DNA from: a virus
Lineage: Duplodnaviria; Caudoviricetes
Length of the DNA stretch: 64,000 bases
Direction: 5' to 3' (one strand)
Virus record (IMG/VR): IMGVR_UViG_3300017716_001697
Location: 160,001-224,000 of that record
Shown here piece by piece: positions 1 to 9,852 of the stretch (the stretch's first letter is position 1; the number at the start of each line of letters is the position of its first letter). Under the pieces are notes generated by a model. That model made no database searches. It was given only the letters and a program-made list of their open reading frames with translations, and was not told the origin of the DNA. The position numbers were made by a program, and so were the translations under genes.

Positions 1-2406
1 ATGGATGTCATTGAAGACGCTGATGTGCTAAGTGGTTGGAACAGCGAAGCATACGATATCCCTTATATTGTTAATCGTATTAAACGTGTCTTGGGTAAGC
101 AGGAGACTAGACGTCTTTGCCTGTGGGATCAACAACCAAAAGTCCGTGAGTTTGAGCGCGGTGGCAAGACACAGCCTACATACGATTTAATTGGTCGTGT
201 ACACGTTGATTACATGCAATTATATAAGAAGTATAACTACGAAGAACGCCACAGTTATGCACTGAATGCAATTGCAGAAGCCGAATTAGGCGAGAGCAAG
301 TTGCAGTACGAAGGTACATTAGACGAATTGTATAACGACGATTTTAAAACATTCTTAGAATATAACATTCAAGACACACGTTTGTTAGACAGATTAGACA
401 AGAAGTTACAATTTATTGACTTAGCTAATTCTATCGCACATTCGAGCTGTGTGCTAATTCAGACGACAATGGGTGCAGTGGCAGTAACTGACCAGAATGT
501 CTTAATGGAAGCACATCACCGTAATCAAGTGTGCCCTGATAAGAAACACGGCAAGGACAGTGAGGACAACCGTGCAGCGGGTGGCTGGGTGGCAACACCA
601 CGACGCGGGTTACATAAGTGGCTAGGAAGCACCGACATGAAGTCGCTGTATCCATCTGTTATTAGAACGCTTAATATGAGTCCCGAAACAATTGTGGGAC
701 AGATTAGGCTTGATCGTACTAATGCTGCAATTGCTGCACACGAAGCCAAAGGTGGCAAATACACATTTGCATCTTGGTGGAACGATAGATTCCATGTGTT
801 AGAGATGGAAGATTTCTATAATGACGATATTGCTAACAAGCTAACGCTAGAAATGGAGAACGGTGATGTGTTTGAAGTCACTGGTGCCGAATTACGGGAG
901 TTGATTTTTAACGGTGGTAGACCTTGGTGCATAAGTGCAAACGGCACCATCTTCAGAACTGACGTTGATGGTGTAATTCCATCTCTGCTTACTCGTTGGT
1001 ATAATGAGCGTAAGACCCTACAGGGTATTATGACTAATTACACCTTCATTGAAGATAATCCTAAAATCGAAGGCGTTAAAATACCTGAAGATTTGTTCAC
1101 TTTAGCAGACATCAGCGATGTAGAAGCTAAAGCTAACCCATACCTAGAATCAGAGTCATTTAAACCTAAGAAATTGGCGGAATTAGTGACTGACGGGCAC
1201 AAAAAACGTGTGGTTCAATATATGAATCAGCACAATTTGACAGTGAAGGATGGCAAAGCAATTAGCAGAGATCAACCACTGTTAAAGCGCATTATTGGAT
1301 TCTGGGATAAACGTCAGCTTGTTAAGAAAATTAATCTTAACTCTGCTTATGGCGCTTTACTGAATGCAGGAAGCAGGTTCTTTGATCAACGACTTGGTCA
1401 ATCAACTACGCTTACCGGCCGCACAATTACAAAACATATGGCCGCCAAGACCAACGAAATGATTGTAGGGACGTATGACCACTACGGTGATTCAATTATC
1501 TATGGTGATACAGACTCGTGTTATTTCTCAGCATACCCCATGTTGAAGAGTGAAATTGATCGTGGTGAGATTATATGGACTAAGGAAAGCATTGTTGATT
1601 TGTATAACGACCTGGCTAAATCAGTGTCAGCTACATTTCCAGACTTCTTATTGAAGGCGCTAAATGTACCTGTTAAACGCTCAACCGGTGTTATTGCAAG
1701 TTCGCGTGAAGTTGTTGCTGAGAGTGGTCTATACATTGTTAAGAAACGTTACGCCGTATTGATGTATGAAAAAGATGGTATTAGACTAGACGTAGGTGGT
1801 AAGCCAGGCAAAGTAAAAGCAATGGGCCTGGACTTAAAGCGTGCTGATACTCCTAAGTTTGTGCAGAAATTCTTGTCTGACATTTTGATGGATACGCTAA
1901 CTGACAAGGGCGAGAATTACGTTGTAGATAAGATTCGTATATTCAAGCAACAGTTTGAAGATATGAAACCCTGGCAACAAGGTACACCACGTGCAGTTAA
2001 CAAGCTATCTCATTATAGAGAAAAATTGGCAGATGCAGGTATTAAGAAATTGCAAGGTATTAAGGTTGGCAATTTACATGTACCGGGCCACGTGACAGCA
2101 AGTTTAGCATGGAATCATTTGAAATCATTAAATCACGATCAGCACGCAATGAGTATTGTTGACGGTCAGAAAGTTGTTATCTGTAAACTAAAAGAAACTA
2201 CAGAAAACAGACTGACCAGCATAGCCTATCCTGTTGATGAAGCACATTTGCCAGATTGGTTCTTGAGTTTGCCATTTGACAGTGAAGGAATGCAAGACGG
2301 TATTGTTGACAAGAAAGTTGAGAACTTAGTGGGTTGTTTGAATTGGGATCTTAGCAGAACTCAGAAAGAACATGCACACTTGGCAACACTGTTTGACTTC
2401 AGCTGA
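1..2406 (+). CDS. B-family DNA polymerase (T4 gp43-like), 5' truncated by window edge
   Basis: Exo motifs (GWNSEAYD, YNIQDT), region II DMKSLYPS, region III KKINLNSAYG, catalytic YGDTDS, KKRY, GLDLKRADTP. Confidence 0.97.
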   Translation: MDVIEDADVLSGWNSEAYDIPYIVNRIKRVLGKQETRRLCLWDQQPKVREFERGGKTQPTYDLIGRVHVDYMQLYKKYNYEERHSYALNAIAEAELGESKLQYEGTLDELYNDDFKTFLEYNIQDTRLLDRLDKKLQFIDLANSIAHSSCVLIQTTMGAVAVTDQNVLMEAHHRNQVCPDKKHGKDSEDNRAAGGWVATPRRGLHKWLGSTDMKSLYPSVIRTLNMSPETIVGQIRLDRTNAAIAAHEAKGGKYTFASWWNDRFHVLEMEDFYNDDIANKLTLEMENGDVFEVTGAELRELIFNGGRPWCISANGTIFRTDVDGVIPSLLTRWYNERKTLQGIMTNYTFIEDNPKIEGVKIPEDLFTLADISDVEAKANPYLESESFKPKKLAELVTDGHKKRVVQYMNQHNLTVKDGKAISRDQPLLKRIIGFWDKRQLVKKINLNSAYGALLNAGSRFFDQRLGQSTTLTGRTITKHMAAKTNEMIVGTYDHYGDSIIYGDTDSCYFSAYPMLKSEIDRGEIIWTKESIVDLYNDLAKSVSATFPDFLLKALNVPVKRSTGVIASSREVVAESGLYIVKKRYAVLMYEKDGIRLDVGGKPGKVKAMGLDLKRADTPKFVQKFLSDILMDTLTDKGENYVVDKIRIFKQQFEDMKPWQQGTPRAVNKLSHYREKLADAGIKKLQGIKVGNLHVPGHVTASLAWNHLKSLNHDQHAMSIVDGQKVVICKLKETTENRLTSIAYPVDEAHLPDWFLSLPFDSEGMQDGIVDKKVENLVGCLNWDLSRTQKEHAHLATLFDFS

Positions 2407-2411
2407 AGTCC

Positions 2412-2440
2412 TTGACTTTCGTGGTATGCTAAGTTATACT
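2412..2440 (+). promoter_or_regulatory. sigma70-type promoter
   Basis: TTGACT-N17-TATACT upstream of ORF 2480. Confidence 0.75.
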
Positions 2441-2479
2441 GCATGTTATAAGAACCCCTGATAAAATAAAGGAACAAAA

Positions 2480-3211
2480 ATGTTATTAGACGCACTAAAA
2501 GATATTGTAAAACATACTCACACATTGGGTATTATTGAGATGGTTAAGGTAGTAGGATCTACAGCTGACCTAAAGATCGAAACCAAAGATGCAGATAATA
2601 CTGTTATTATCTACGGCAGCATGTATCAGCCAGTTGCAGGGCTCGAGTCCACTACAGGTTTTTCGCAATTAGCAGTGCTTAAAGGATTCATCGGTATGCA
2701 TGATGGTTCTGATGTAAGCCTTGAATCAGAGACACGCAATAATACGAGCACACTATCGTCTATCAAGTTCGACGATAAGGCAGAATTTATTTCGTCTTAT
2801 CGTCTTATGTCAGAGACAATGATTAACGAACAGGTTAAGGTGCCACCATTTAAGGGTGCAACATGGGACGTCACACTTACGCCAACAAAGGCAGCAGTTA
2901 CTCGTCTAAGCGAATGTTCGGGTATCATTGGTGGATTCGAAAAACGATTCACTGTGAGTGTAGACAAAGGTACATTGAAGTTTAGCGTAGGTACCGGCCC
3001 GACCAATACCACTGTGGTGCCGTTCGCAACAAACATTACAGGTACGTTAAAACATCAGTGGACATATCCATTGGCACAAGTGCTTAGTATCTTAAAGTTA
3101 ACTGAGACATCAACTGCTACAATGAGCTTTTCTGATATGGGCGCATTGAAGATTGATATCGACAGTGGTATCGGTAAGTACAGCTACATCTTACCAGCAG
3201 GCAAGTCCTAA
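2480..3211 (+). CDS. Putative sliding clamp / polymerase processivity factor (gp45-like)
   Basis: 243 aa, beta-rich, directly downstream of the polymerase, ends Y-I-L-P like phage clamps; strong AAGGA RBS. Function inferred from size and context. Confidence 0.6.
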   Translation: MLLDALKDIVKHTHTLGIIEMVKVVGSTADLKIETKDADNTVIIYGSMYQPVAGLESTTGFSQLAVLKGFIGMHDGSDVSLESETRNNTSTLSSIKFDDKAEFISSYRLMSETMINEQVKVPPFKGATWDVTLTPTKAAVTRLSECSGIIGGFEKRFTVSVDKGTLKFSVGTGPTNTTVVPFATNITGTLKHQWTYPLAQVLSILKLTETSTATMSFSDMGALKIDIDSGIGKYSYILPAGKS

Positions 3212-3483
3212 TGAGCGGCGCACTCGAACCCGGGTGCCTTGCTGTCATCATACAGTCAGTGGATGGCCATTCTACAGGCATGGTTGTACAATGTGTACGT
3301 ATAGCCGGCGAACATTTAAAGTTTGGTACAGTCTGGCATGTTCGCTGCCGCGACAAACTGATTACAGAATATGGAGCAGTAGGCAACGAAGCTGACGTGC
3401 CGGCAATTTGGCTTAAGAAAATAGAGCCCGGCAGTGACCTACTTGTAACAATAAAAGACATACTAAAAACCGAGAAGATCTAA
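3211..3483 (+). CDS. Hypothetical protein
   Basis: 90 aa ORF, start overlaps upstream stop. Confidence 0.6.
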   Translation: MSGALEPGCLAVIIQSVDGHSTGMVVQCVRIAGEHLKFGTVWHVRCRDKLITEYGAVGNEADVPAIWLKKIEPGSDLLVTIKDILKTEKI

Positions 3484-3490
3484 ATACAAT

Positions 3491-5086
3491 ATGACAAACA
3501 ACAGAACAAACTTTACGGAACGACACCTACACGGCGGTTGGGCAAAGTATCTTCCAGCAATTAGTGGATTTTACACAACACATTTAGGTAAGGATTTAGC
3601 CGATCCTGAATTCATCCCTGATTCTCGCGTACCTAAGGGATTTGAATTCGGTATGCAAGGACTGAACTTCTTTAAAGAAGACAATAATTATTTTAATTAC
3701 AAATTTGGTCTATTTTCAGCAGGTCATGCAGAAAGAAATCTTGCTAAGTGTAATGCCCGCGAACCGATGATTCACGATCGCGATCGTGAGAAGACGATCT
3801 TAATTGGTGACTCGGGTGGATTTCAAATTGCTACAGGTGTCATTAAAGTTGACTGGGCTACAGTGCAAACCCCGGCAGGTGATAAGTTGCGTGAAGAAAT
3901 TCTACGATATCTAGAGCATACATCGGATTGGTCGATGACATTAGACGTGCCGGCGTTCGCGGCAGAGCCACCGCTTAGTGCAAAAACTGGGTTAACAAAA
4001 TTCTCTGATTGTTTAGATGTTACTATGTATAATCTAGTATACTTCATGGAGAATCGTATCCCAGGTAAGACAAAGTTTTTGAATGTATTATCGGGTTCCG
4101 ACGCCGATAATTCCAAAGAGTGGTATGACTCGGTAAAAGTGTTTAGTCAACCACACATGGTCGAAGCGATGGGTTACACAAAAGACCGTACATTCGAAGG
4201 CTGGGCATTCGCTGGTATCAACATGAAACATATGCCGTCAGTGCTTAATCGTCTCTTAAACTTGCGCGATGACGGGCTATTAGCAGACAAAGATTGGATT
4301 CACTTCCTGGGCATTGGTCGACTAGATTGGGCATGTTATTTGACTTCTATTGAACGTGTATTAAGGAAACATTACAATCCCGATATCAATATTAGCTTCG
4401 ATGCAGCATCTCCCTTCGTTGCCGCTGGCGGCTATGCGTTATCGTATAACTATAACAAATTCAGCCCAGGCCAATTAACATATGCAATGGGCCGCGGAAT
4501 CGATGATAAGGGCGAGAAGGGTTCTACAGCAGCTATGCCGTTTCAGAGCCCCATTTATGATCGATTAACAGTTGGCGATATGTGTGTAATGGGGCCTAAT
4601 GATGCAAATAAACACGGCAAGATAGGAAACACAAGTTGGGATACAACGTCGTATGCATTGGTAATGGCACACAATGTTTACAATCATATTCAAGCTATAC
4701 AAGAAGTTAATAGACTTGCTGACGTCGAGTATGCCACAACTGCTAACCAAGATTTTAGACAATGGTTTGCACATCGTGGCAAGAAGATGAAGGCGCAGGA
4801 TACCAACAAAAGTGACTTTATCCCTAACGAAATAATCTTTATGAATAATTTCATTGAAGAACTGTTTGATCCTTCCACAAAAGATCCATACGGTATGATT
4901 GTTACTTATGCTGAATTATTAGAAAAGGTCAGTTTCACTAAGTTGGTAACTAAAAATAAATTAGACAGTAAACTATTTGAACTTGATGTATTTAACGGAA
5001 ATATCAATATACCCGATATTGACCAATTAGCAGTTTCAGATGATACACACTTAGTTGATAAATTAGCAGAAGACGATGAAACATGA
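3491..5086 (+). CDS. tRNA-guanine transglycosylase-fold protein, probably DNA-directed (DpdA-like)
   Basis: TGT motifs GDSGGFQ, MTLD, IHFLGIG, SFDAASP, HNV; Zn-binding Cys cluster not evident; queD and queE nearby. Confidence 0.8.
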   Translation: MTNNRTNFTERHLHGGWAKYLPAISGFYTTHLGKDLADPEFIPDSRVPKGFEFGMQGLNFFKEDNNYFNYKFGLFSAGHAERNLAKCNAREPMIHDRDREKTILIGDSGGFQIATGVIKVDWATVQTPAGDKLREEILRYLEHTSDWSMTLDVPAFAAEPPLSAKTGLTKFSDCLDVTMYNLVYFMENRIPGKTKFLNVLSGSDADNSKEWYDSVKVFSQPHMVEAMGYTKDRTFEGWAFAGINMKHMPSVLNRLLNLRDDGLLADKDWIHFLGIGRLDWACYLTSIERVLRKHYNPDINISFDAASPFVAAGGYALSYNYNKFSPGQLTYAMGRGIDDKGEKGSTAAMPFQSPIYDRLTVGDMCVMGPNDANKHGKIGNTSWDTTSYALVMAHNVYNHIQAIQEVNRLADVEYATTANQDFRQWFAHRGKKMKAQDTNKSDFIPNEIIFMNNFIEELFDPSTKDPYGMIVTYAELLEKVSFTKLVTKNKLDSKLFELDVFNGNINIPDIDQLAVSDDTHLVDKLAEDDET

Positions 5087-5291
5087 TTTACAATCCAGGA
5101 TAGACTCTGTTGAGAATATGATGCGTATTCAACAGAGTTGCTTGGAGCGTGGATATATGCACGGCATGATGAATGGGCTTATATGTGCCCATGCTGCATT
5201 TACTAATACAGATCCGGAGTTTGTTAAAATGCCGCACCGGAAGGTACAGATAAGGCACAAAGCAAGGAAATTACCTTCACGTAATGATTAA
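5076..5291 (+). CDS. Hypothetical protein
   Basis: 71 aa ORF overlapping upstream stop. Confidence 0.55.
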   Translation: MKHDLQSRIDSVENMMRIQQSCLERGYMHGMMNGLICAHAAFTNTDPEFVKMPHRKVQIRHKARKLPSRND

Positions 5292-5342
5292 ATTCTTATT
5301 AGGTGTCTTGTTTTCCACATTAATATAAGCTATAGTCACTAA

Positions 5343-5783
5343 ATGACAAAATACGCAACAAACACTAAGGAACCATCGGAGATGTTTCTTAATTCTATAA
5401 CATCGGGCGGTGGCTCACATTACATGGTCTGCGGCAACTGTGGCCGGACACATTATTGCCCTGATTCGGTTGCTGTAGGAGACGACGGATCTGATACCGA
5501 TGAAGACGATGTATACAAAAATTATCTTCAAGAGGCCCTACTTGACCAAAAGAACGACCCCGACGGTGTAGTGATACATCACGGGGTTGATTTCGTTGCT
5601 ACAAAAGATCTCCGTGGCATAGCTTTTGTATTAGAGTGTCCGTGTAATGGGCTAACAAAATACGAAGAGTTTATTTGGGACAACAAGGATCCTATTCGTC
5701 GATATTTGAAGGCACGGATTGATCAGGAACATGCATGGGCATTAGAACAGTTAACATTAAACAAACTAGCAGGAATAAAATGA
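5343..5783 (+). CDS. Hypothetical protein with CxxC motif
   Basis: 146 aa; CGNCGRTHYC and ECPC motifs. Confidence 0.65.
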   Translation: MTKYATNTKEPSEMFLNSITSGGGSHYMVCGNCGRTHYCPDSVAVGDDGSDTDEDDVYKNYLQEALLDQKNDPDGVVIHHGVDFVATKDLRGIAFVLECPCNGLTKYEEFIWDNKDPIRRYLKARIDQEHAWALEQLTLNKLAGIK

Positions 5784-6169
5784 CTAAACAAAAAGTATGG
5801 CCAACACCCGAAACAGCAGCACGTAAGTTTACGGATGAACAATTGAAAGATATGGTGGAAAGCATGACTACACCGAAGAAACATTTATTCATTGTGGATA
5901 CAATTTCCACATTCCGTCTGCGTTATGTTATCGAGGCAGAGAGTCTGGAACATGCATATGACGAAGTTACAATGGTCGACTCTGGTTGCCCTGAAGATGC
6001 ATTTGATGAAGTGACTCAGTTGCACGTAGGCGAGCAAATTATTGATGGTAGAAAAATTTCTAAGAAGAAGTTCGATAAGATGCTTGTAGAATTAGCAGCC
6101 GATGAACGAGAAAGTTGCTCGCACTGGATGGGCGATAAATTAATCCGCAAAATCGACTATACCCGTTAA
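5780..6169 (+). CDS. Hypothetical protein
   Basis: ATG at 5780 after AGGA RBS, ATGA overlap. Confidence 0.65.
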   Translation: MTKQKVWPTPETAARKFTDEQLKDMVESMTTPKKHLFIVDTISTFRLRYVIEAESLEHAYDEVTMVDSGCPEDAFDEVTQLHVGEQIIDGRKISKKKFDKMLVELAADERESCSHWMGDKLIRKIDYTR

Positions 6170-6170
6170 T

Positions 6171-6554
6171 ATGCAATTTGAAGATTTAAACCTTAAAGAA
6201 CGTCAGGCGTATGTAAAACACCGTACGCAGGCTAATATGCACATGCTACAGAGCAAGAAGGCTAAGAGCTCGCGTAGCAAATTTCACCTTAACATGGCAC
6301 AATTTCACAAGAACGCAATGTGTGAATTGTTACAACTGTTTGAAGCTGATCAAATAATTGCAAAATTACAAAGCGTAGGTGATAAGCCGAAACCAGATCC
6401 TGATTCATGGTGGTCTGCCCCAGCCGGCTTCACTGTTTTAAAACAACAGGTAATAGCACACTCCCGGACGTTGCGTGCGCAGTGGTTTTTAGAACCGACA
6501 TTAGATATAGAAATAATAGGCACATATGGGACTATAGTATGGCCAAAGAAATAA
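6171..6554 (+). CDS. Hypothetical protein
   Basis: 127 aa ORF in tightly packed operon. Confidence 0.6.
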   Translation: MQFEDLNLKERQAYVKHRTQANMHMLQSKKAKSSRSKFHLNMAQFHKNAMCELLQLFEADQIIAKLQSVGDKPKPDPDSWWSAPAGFTVLKQQVIAHSRTLRAQWFLEPTLDIEIIGTYGTIVWPKK

Positions 6555-6790
6555 TATCTCACAAAGATAAATTAGGGCAACCTATTGAAGAAGGAATGCA
6601 CGTTGTAGCATGCCATAGAAATTCTATCTACATATGCAAGGTAACAAAAGTACACCCTAAACAACTCCGAATACACAATGTATCGAAGAAAGGCTATGGC
6701 AGTGACTCGGATGGATGGTTGGTTTACCCCTTCGAAACTGTTATACTTAGTGGTCCAGATGCACTGGCCTATATTCTAAAATATGCATAA
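6539..6790 (+). CDS. Hypothetical protein
   Basis: Likely start ATG 6539; SH3/KOW-like composition (GQPIEEGMHVVA). Confidence 0.55.
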   Translation: MAKEIISHKDKLGQPIEEGMHVVACHRNSIYICKVTKVHPKQLRIHNVSKKGYGSDSDGWLVYPFETVILSGPDALAYILKYA

Positions 6791-7043
6791 TTCTATAACA
6801 AGAAAACTAACAGCAACATGGACCATCGACGAGGTGGATGTGTTCCCTGTTAGACTAACACCGGCAGAAATCAGTGAATTGTCTGAAGAAGAACAGGCTG
6901 ATCTTATTATAGATAAGCTTACAAATCCGCCTGTGAAGAAAACACTTATGGAAGAAATTGCAGACAGGATTGCAGATCAGATGGCAGCAGATATAGATAA
7001 GGCTGTAATGGATGAACTTATGGGCAATTTAGATGACGTATGA
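6783..7043 (+). CDS. Small protein with major-capsid (gp23)-like peptide segments
   Basis: TRKLTATWT and IADQMAADIDKAV flank an EEQADLIIDKL motif shared with the next two ORFs. Confidence 0.55.
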   Translation: MHNSITRKLTATWTIDEVDVFPVRLTPAEISELSEEEQADLIIDKLTNPPVKKTLMEEIADRIADQMAADIDKAVMDELMGNLDDV

Positions 7044-7230
7044 AGAAGAAGCCGATGCGATAATCGATAAGTTAAGATATGCACCTATAAAGCCTATCCC
7101 ACCTTACTTGTCATTTTCGCATTTTTCGAACACACCACCGGTAAATCCTATTGCAGGTAATTTGTGGCTCGATACAGTGTCTTATGTGACTAAAATTTAT
7201 AATGGACGCACATGGGTAATATTGTCGTGA
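7033..7230 (+). CDS. Small protein, EEEADAIIDKL motif plus virion-fibre-like motif
   Basis: PPVNPIAGNLWLDT...KIYNGRTWV resembles tail-fibre/baseplate repeats. Confidence 0.5.
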   Translation: MTYEEEADAIIDKLRYAPIKPIPPYLSFSHFSNTPPVNPIAGNLWLDTVSYVTKIYNGRTWVILS

Positions 7231-7571
7231 ACACGGTATTAACAGAAGAACAAGAGGCTGACGAAATTGTAAGAAGATTACAAACAGCTGGCAGAATAGA
7301 TAACAATGTCCTTACCGCGGAAATTTATATATACCCGGTAAAGCGCATAAGACAGGTACCGATTTATATCATGAGTGAAGCTGAAGCCGAAGCCGAAGCC
7401 GATAAGATAATTGAAAAATTAAAGGCCCCACCAAAAAAGACATTACGCACATTGGGTAGGGAATGGGGTTTTGAGATAACAGACACTATAGAATACTGCG
7501 TTGACTTCGATGCAGAAAAAGAATTAACAGCTATATTGCAAGAAGAAATTTTAAAGGGAATATTGGAATGA
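7212..7571 (+). CDS. Small protein with C-terminal gp23-like segment
   Basis: RTLGREWGFE...DAEKELTAILQEEI in register with T4 gp23 RQLKAAYSIE...DADAELSGILATEI (recalled). Confidence 0.6.
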   Translation: MGNIVVNTVLTEEQEADEIVRRLQTAGRIDNNVLTAEIYIYPVKRIRQVPIYIMSEAEAEAEADKIIEKLKAPPKKTLRTLGREWGFEITDTIEYCVDFDAEKELTAILQEEILKGILE

Positions 7572-8746
7572 GAAAACTATTTTATATGGGTCTTGAAAGT
7601 TATGAAGCAAGATACACCTTGCAATTACAAGATTGGAATGAACGTGTATTCAAGCGTCGTGGCATTGAATATGAACTTGTAACAGGTTCAGAATTAACAA
7701 CAGACAAGAAGATTGTGACAGGTAGCGTGCTCGATGCACATGGCCGTACTTATTACAGTATGATGCAGATGGCCAATCTAATTAAACTGATGAAAGAAGG
7801 CAAGGTTACATGTAACGATATTATCTTCTTTGAAGACATGTTTACACCCGGCATCGAATCGCTGCCTTACATTATGGATCAGATTCCTGTAGAATTTAGA
7901 CCACATGTATATGTGCGTTGCCTAGCTCAGAGTATTGACCCAGACGACTTTGTTAATCGCGAAGGCATGCTGCGGTGGATGCGCCCGTTTGAAAAGATGA
8001 TCGACGCATTTGTTGCAGGTATACTTGTAGCAAGTGAAGAAATGGCAGCACACCTGCGTATTGCAGGTTTCAATGCACGGATATTTGTTACCGGACTACC
8101 ATTTGGCAAAGAAGAAGTAGCTGAGCGAATTCCCGATGTTAAACCAATTGCTGATCGCACTCGTAGAGTAGGTTTTGCAGCCCGCTGGGACGACGAAAAA
8201 CAACCCGATTTTTACATGGATTTAGCTGAACATATGTACACTGTTGATCCTAGTATAGAGTTTGCTATATTCTGCGGGCATCCGGAGTTAAAGAGTAACA
8301 ATCCACGTTATGTTGAGAGAGCAAATAGCCTCGTATCTTCTGGTAAGGCAAACTTCAAGATCTATACAGGTTTGAAGAAGAATGATTATTATGCATTGCT
8401 TGCTGATAGTACCGTTTTATTTAACTGTGCGCTGCAAGACTGGGTAAGTAATACAGTTAGCGAAGCTGACACCTTTGGTACACTTACTTTGTATCCTGCA
8501 TATAGAAGCTTTCCCGAAGTGTTTGCCAATAATGCAGCCAACATGTATATTCCGTGGAGCATCAACGATGCTGCATCTAGATTAGCATCGATGTTCGCAA
8601 GACCCACCGAATACACAACAGGTGCAGTTAGCGACTGGCAGAATGGTACAATCGACAGAACGCTAGATGTGTTTGAGGGTAAAGGTGCACAGTGGGCCCG
8701 CAACACAAACGATTACAGAAAATACGTAGCAACAGCAAAATACTAG
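7568..8746 (+). CDS. GT-B fold glycosyltransferase
   Basis: 392 aa; ARWDDEKQP, EYYALL-like YYALLADS, SNTVSEA, LYPAYRSFPEV typical of GT-B C-terminal nucleotide-sugar-binding lobe. Confidence 0.75.
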   Translation: MRKLFYMGLESYEARYTLQLQDWNERVFKRRGIEYELVTGSELTTDKKIVTGSVLDAHGRTYYSMMQMANLIKLMKEGKVTCNDIIFFEDMFTPGIESLPYIMDQIPVEFRPHVYVRCLAQSIDPDDFVNREGMLRWMRPFEKMIDAFVAGILVASEEMAAHLRIAGFNARIFVTGLPFGKEEVAERIPDVKPIADRTRRVGFAARWDDEKQPDFYMDLAEHMYTVDPSIEFAIFCGHPELKSNNPRYVERANSLVSSGKANFKIYTGLKKNDYYALLADSTVLFNCALQDWVSNTVSEADTFGTLTLYPAYRSFPEVFANNAANMYIPWSINDAASRLASMFARPTEYTTGAVSDWQNGTIDRTLDVFEGKGAQWARNTNDYRKYVATAKY

Positions 8747-8753
8747 GAGCAGC

Positions 8754-8912
8754 ATGAAACAACCAGATCCAAAATTACATCAACGAATTAGTTTCGTTAA
8801 GAGCGGTTTAAGAATTTTAGCAGGTGGCGCATTCATTATGAGCACACTGTGGTTAGGCGGAGTCTTAATCATTGTTGCTGAAATTTTAGGTATTGTAGAA
8901 GAATTAGTATAA
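8754..8912 (+). CDS. Small membrane protein (52 aa, below ORF-track cutoff)
   Basis: MKQPDPKLHQRISFVKSGLRILAGG...AEILGIVEELV; GGAG RBS; two hydrophobic segments. Confidence 0.65.
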   Translation: MKQPDPKLHQRISFVKSGLRILAGGAFIMSTLWLGGVLIIVAEILGIVEELV

Positions 8913-9045
8913 TGGAGAATACACCAAAACCGTTGCCACCACCAAGCAGGTATGTGTGCGATATGTGCGGTGTATTAGCATCCCCGGATAAGCACAGAAA
9001 TTGGTTCTGTAGATTTTTTAAATGGATAGATAGTAAAGGAAAAAT

Positions 9046-9852
9046 ATGAACAGAGACGGACATAACAACGTGGCATTTTTTATCGGCCCAGAAGTAGAGA
9101 AGACACCAGCATTCGCTAAACGGACATTGTTTGTTGTAGGTAGACAAGGCAGTGCAGACATTGAAAAACAAGCCCGCGATAATAAGACACCACACATCTT
9201 TATGGGTGCAAATCATTCATTTGACATTGACCCACGCCACCCTGACGACACAGTAAAAGTTTACTGGGACAAGACAATCACAGCATTGCTAGACAAGGGA
9301 TTCTGGGTAACACTAGATTATGAAGCACACCTGCACGAAATGATGCTTACGATGCTAAATCCGGGTATTTGGCAATCTCGCTTATTTGTACCACTGTTAA
9401 GTGTACGTATTCCTAAGATTGAATCTTCTAGCCCTAACTTAACAGTTAAGATTGATGATGTAGATTTTAAAGCGACTAACCCAGGTGTTTGGTGTATGCA
9501 CTTTAAGGAAGTAACTGATAGCAACAGGTTCACTGACTGGAATGAATACGAATCTGATTCAGTTCTTGCAGAAGCGACAGCAGCGGTTGCCACAGTGGCT
9601 AAGGCACCGGCTCCTGTGCCAGCTAAGCCAGTTATTGAGGCACCGGCTCCTGTGAGCACAGTAGCAGTAAATGATACAGAACTGGGACTAGATGTTGTGC
9701 CGACAACAGCATTGAAGCCAGATGTGGTAGAAACAGTTGTAGCAGATGCAATTAAGACTCCGGAAGATGCGGCAGACGCATACGCCGAAGGTGCAAAAGT
9801 TGACCCACTAGGTGCAGAAGCATCTAAGAAGCCAAAGGCTGGTAAGAAATGA
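9046..9852 (+). CDS. Hypothetical protein between glycosyltransferase and queD; globular N-terminus, Ala/Pro/Val-rich tail
   Basis: 268 aa; stop overlaps queD start; 17-nt direct repeat AGGCACCGGCTCCTGTG at 9602 and 9638. Confidence 0.75.
   Translation: MNRDGHNNVAFFIGPEVEKTPAFAKRTLFVVGRQGSADIEKQARDNKTPHIFMGANHSFDIDPRHPDDTVKVYWDKTITALLDKGFWVTLDYEAHLHEMMLTMLNPGIWQSRLFVPLLSVRIPKIESSSPNLTVKIDDVDFKATNPGVWCMHFKEVTDSNRFTDWNEYESDSVLAEATAAVATVAKAPAPVPAKPVIEAPAPVSTVAVNDTELGLDVVPTTALKPDVVETVVADAIKTPEDAADAYAEGAKVDPLGAEASKKPKAGKK

Noticed and set aside
1027-1302. Intein in the DNA polymerase
   Set aside because: No N-terminal Cys/Ser block or C-terminal His-Asn, and too short for a typical intein.
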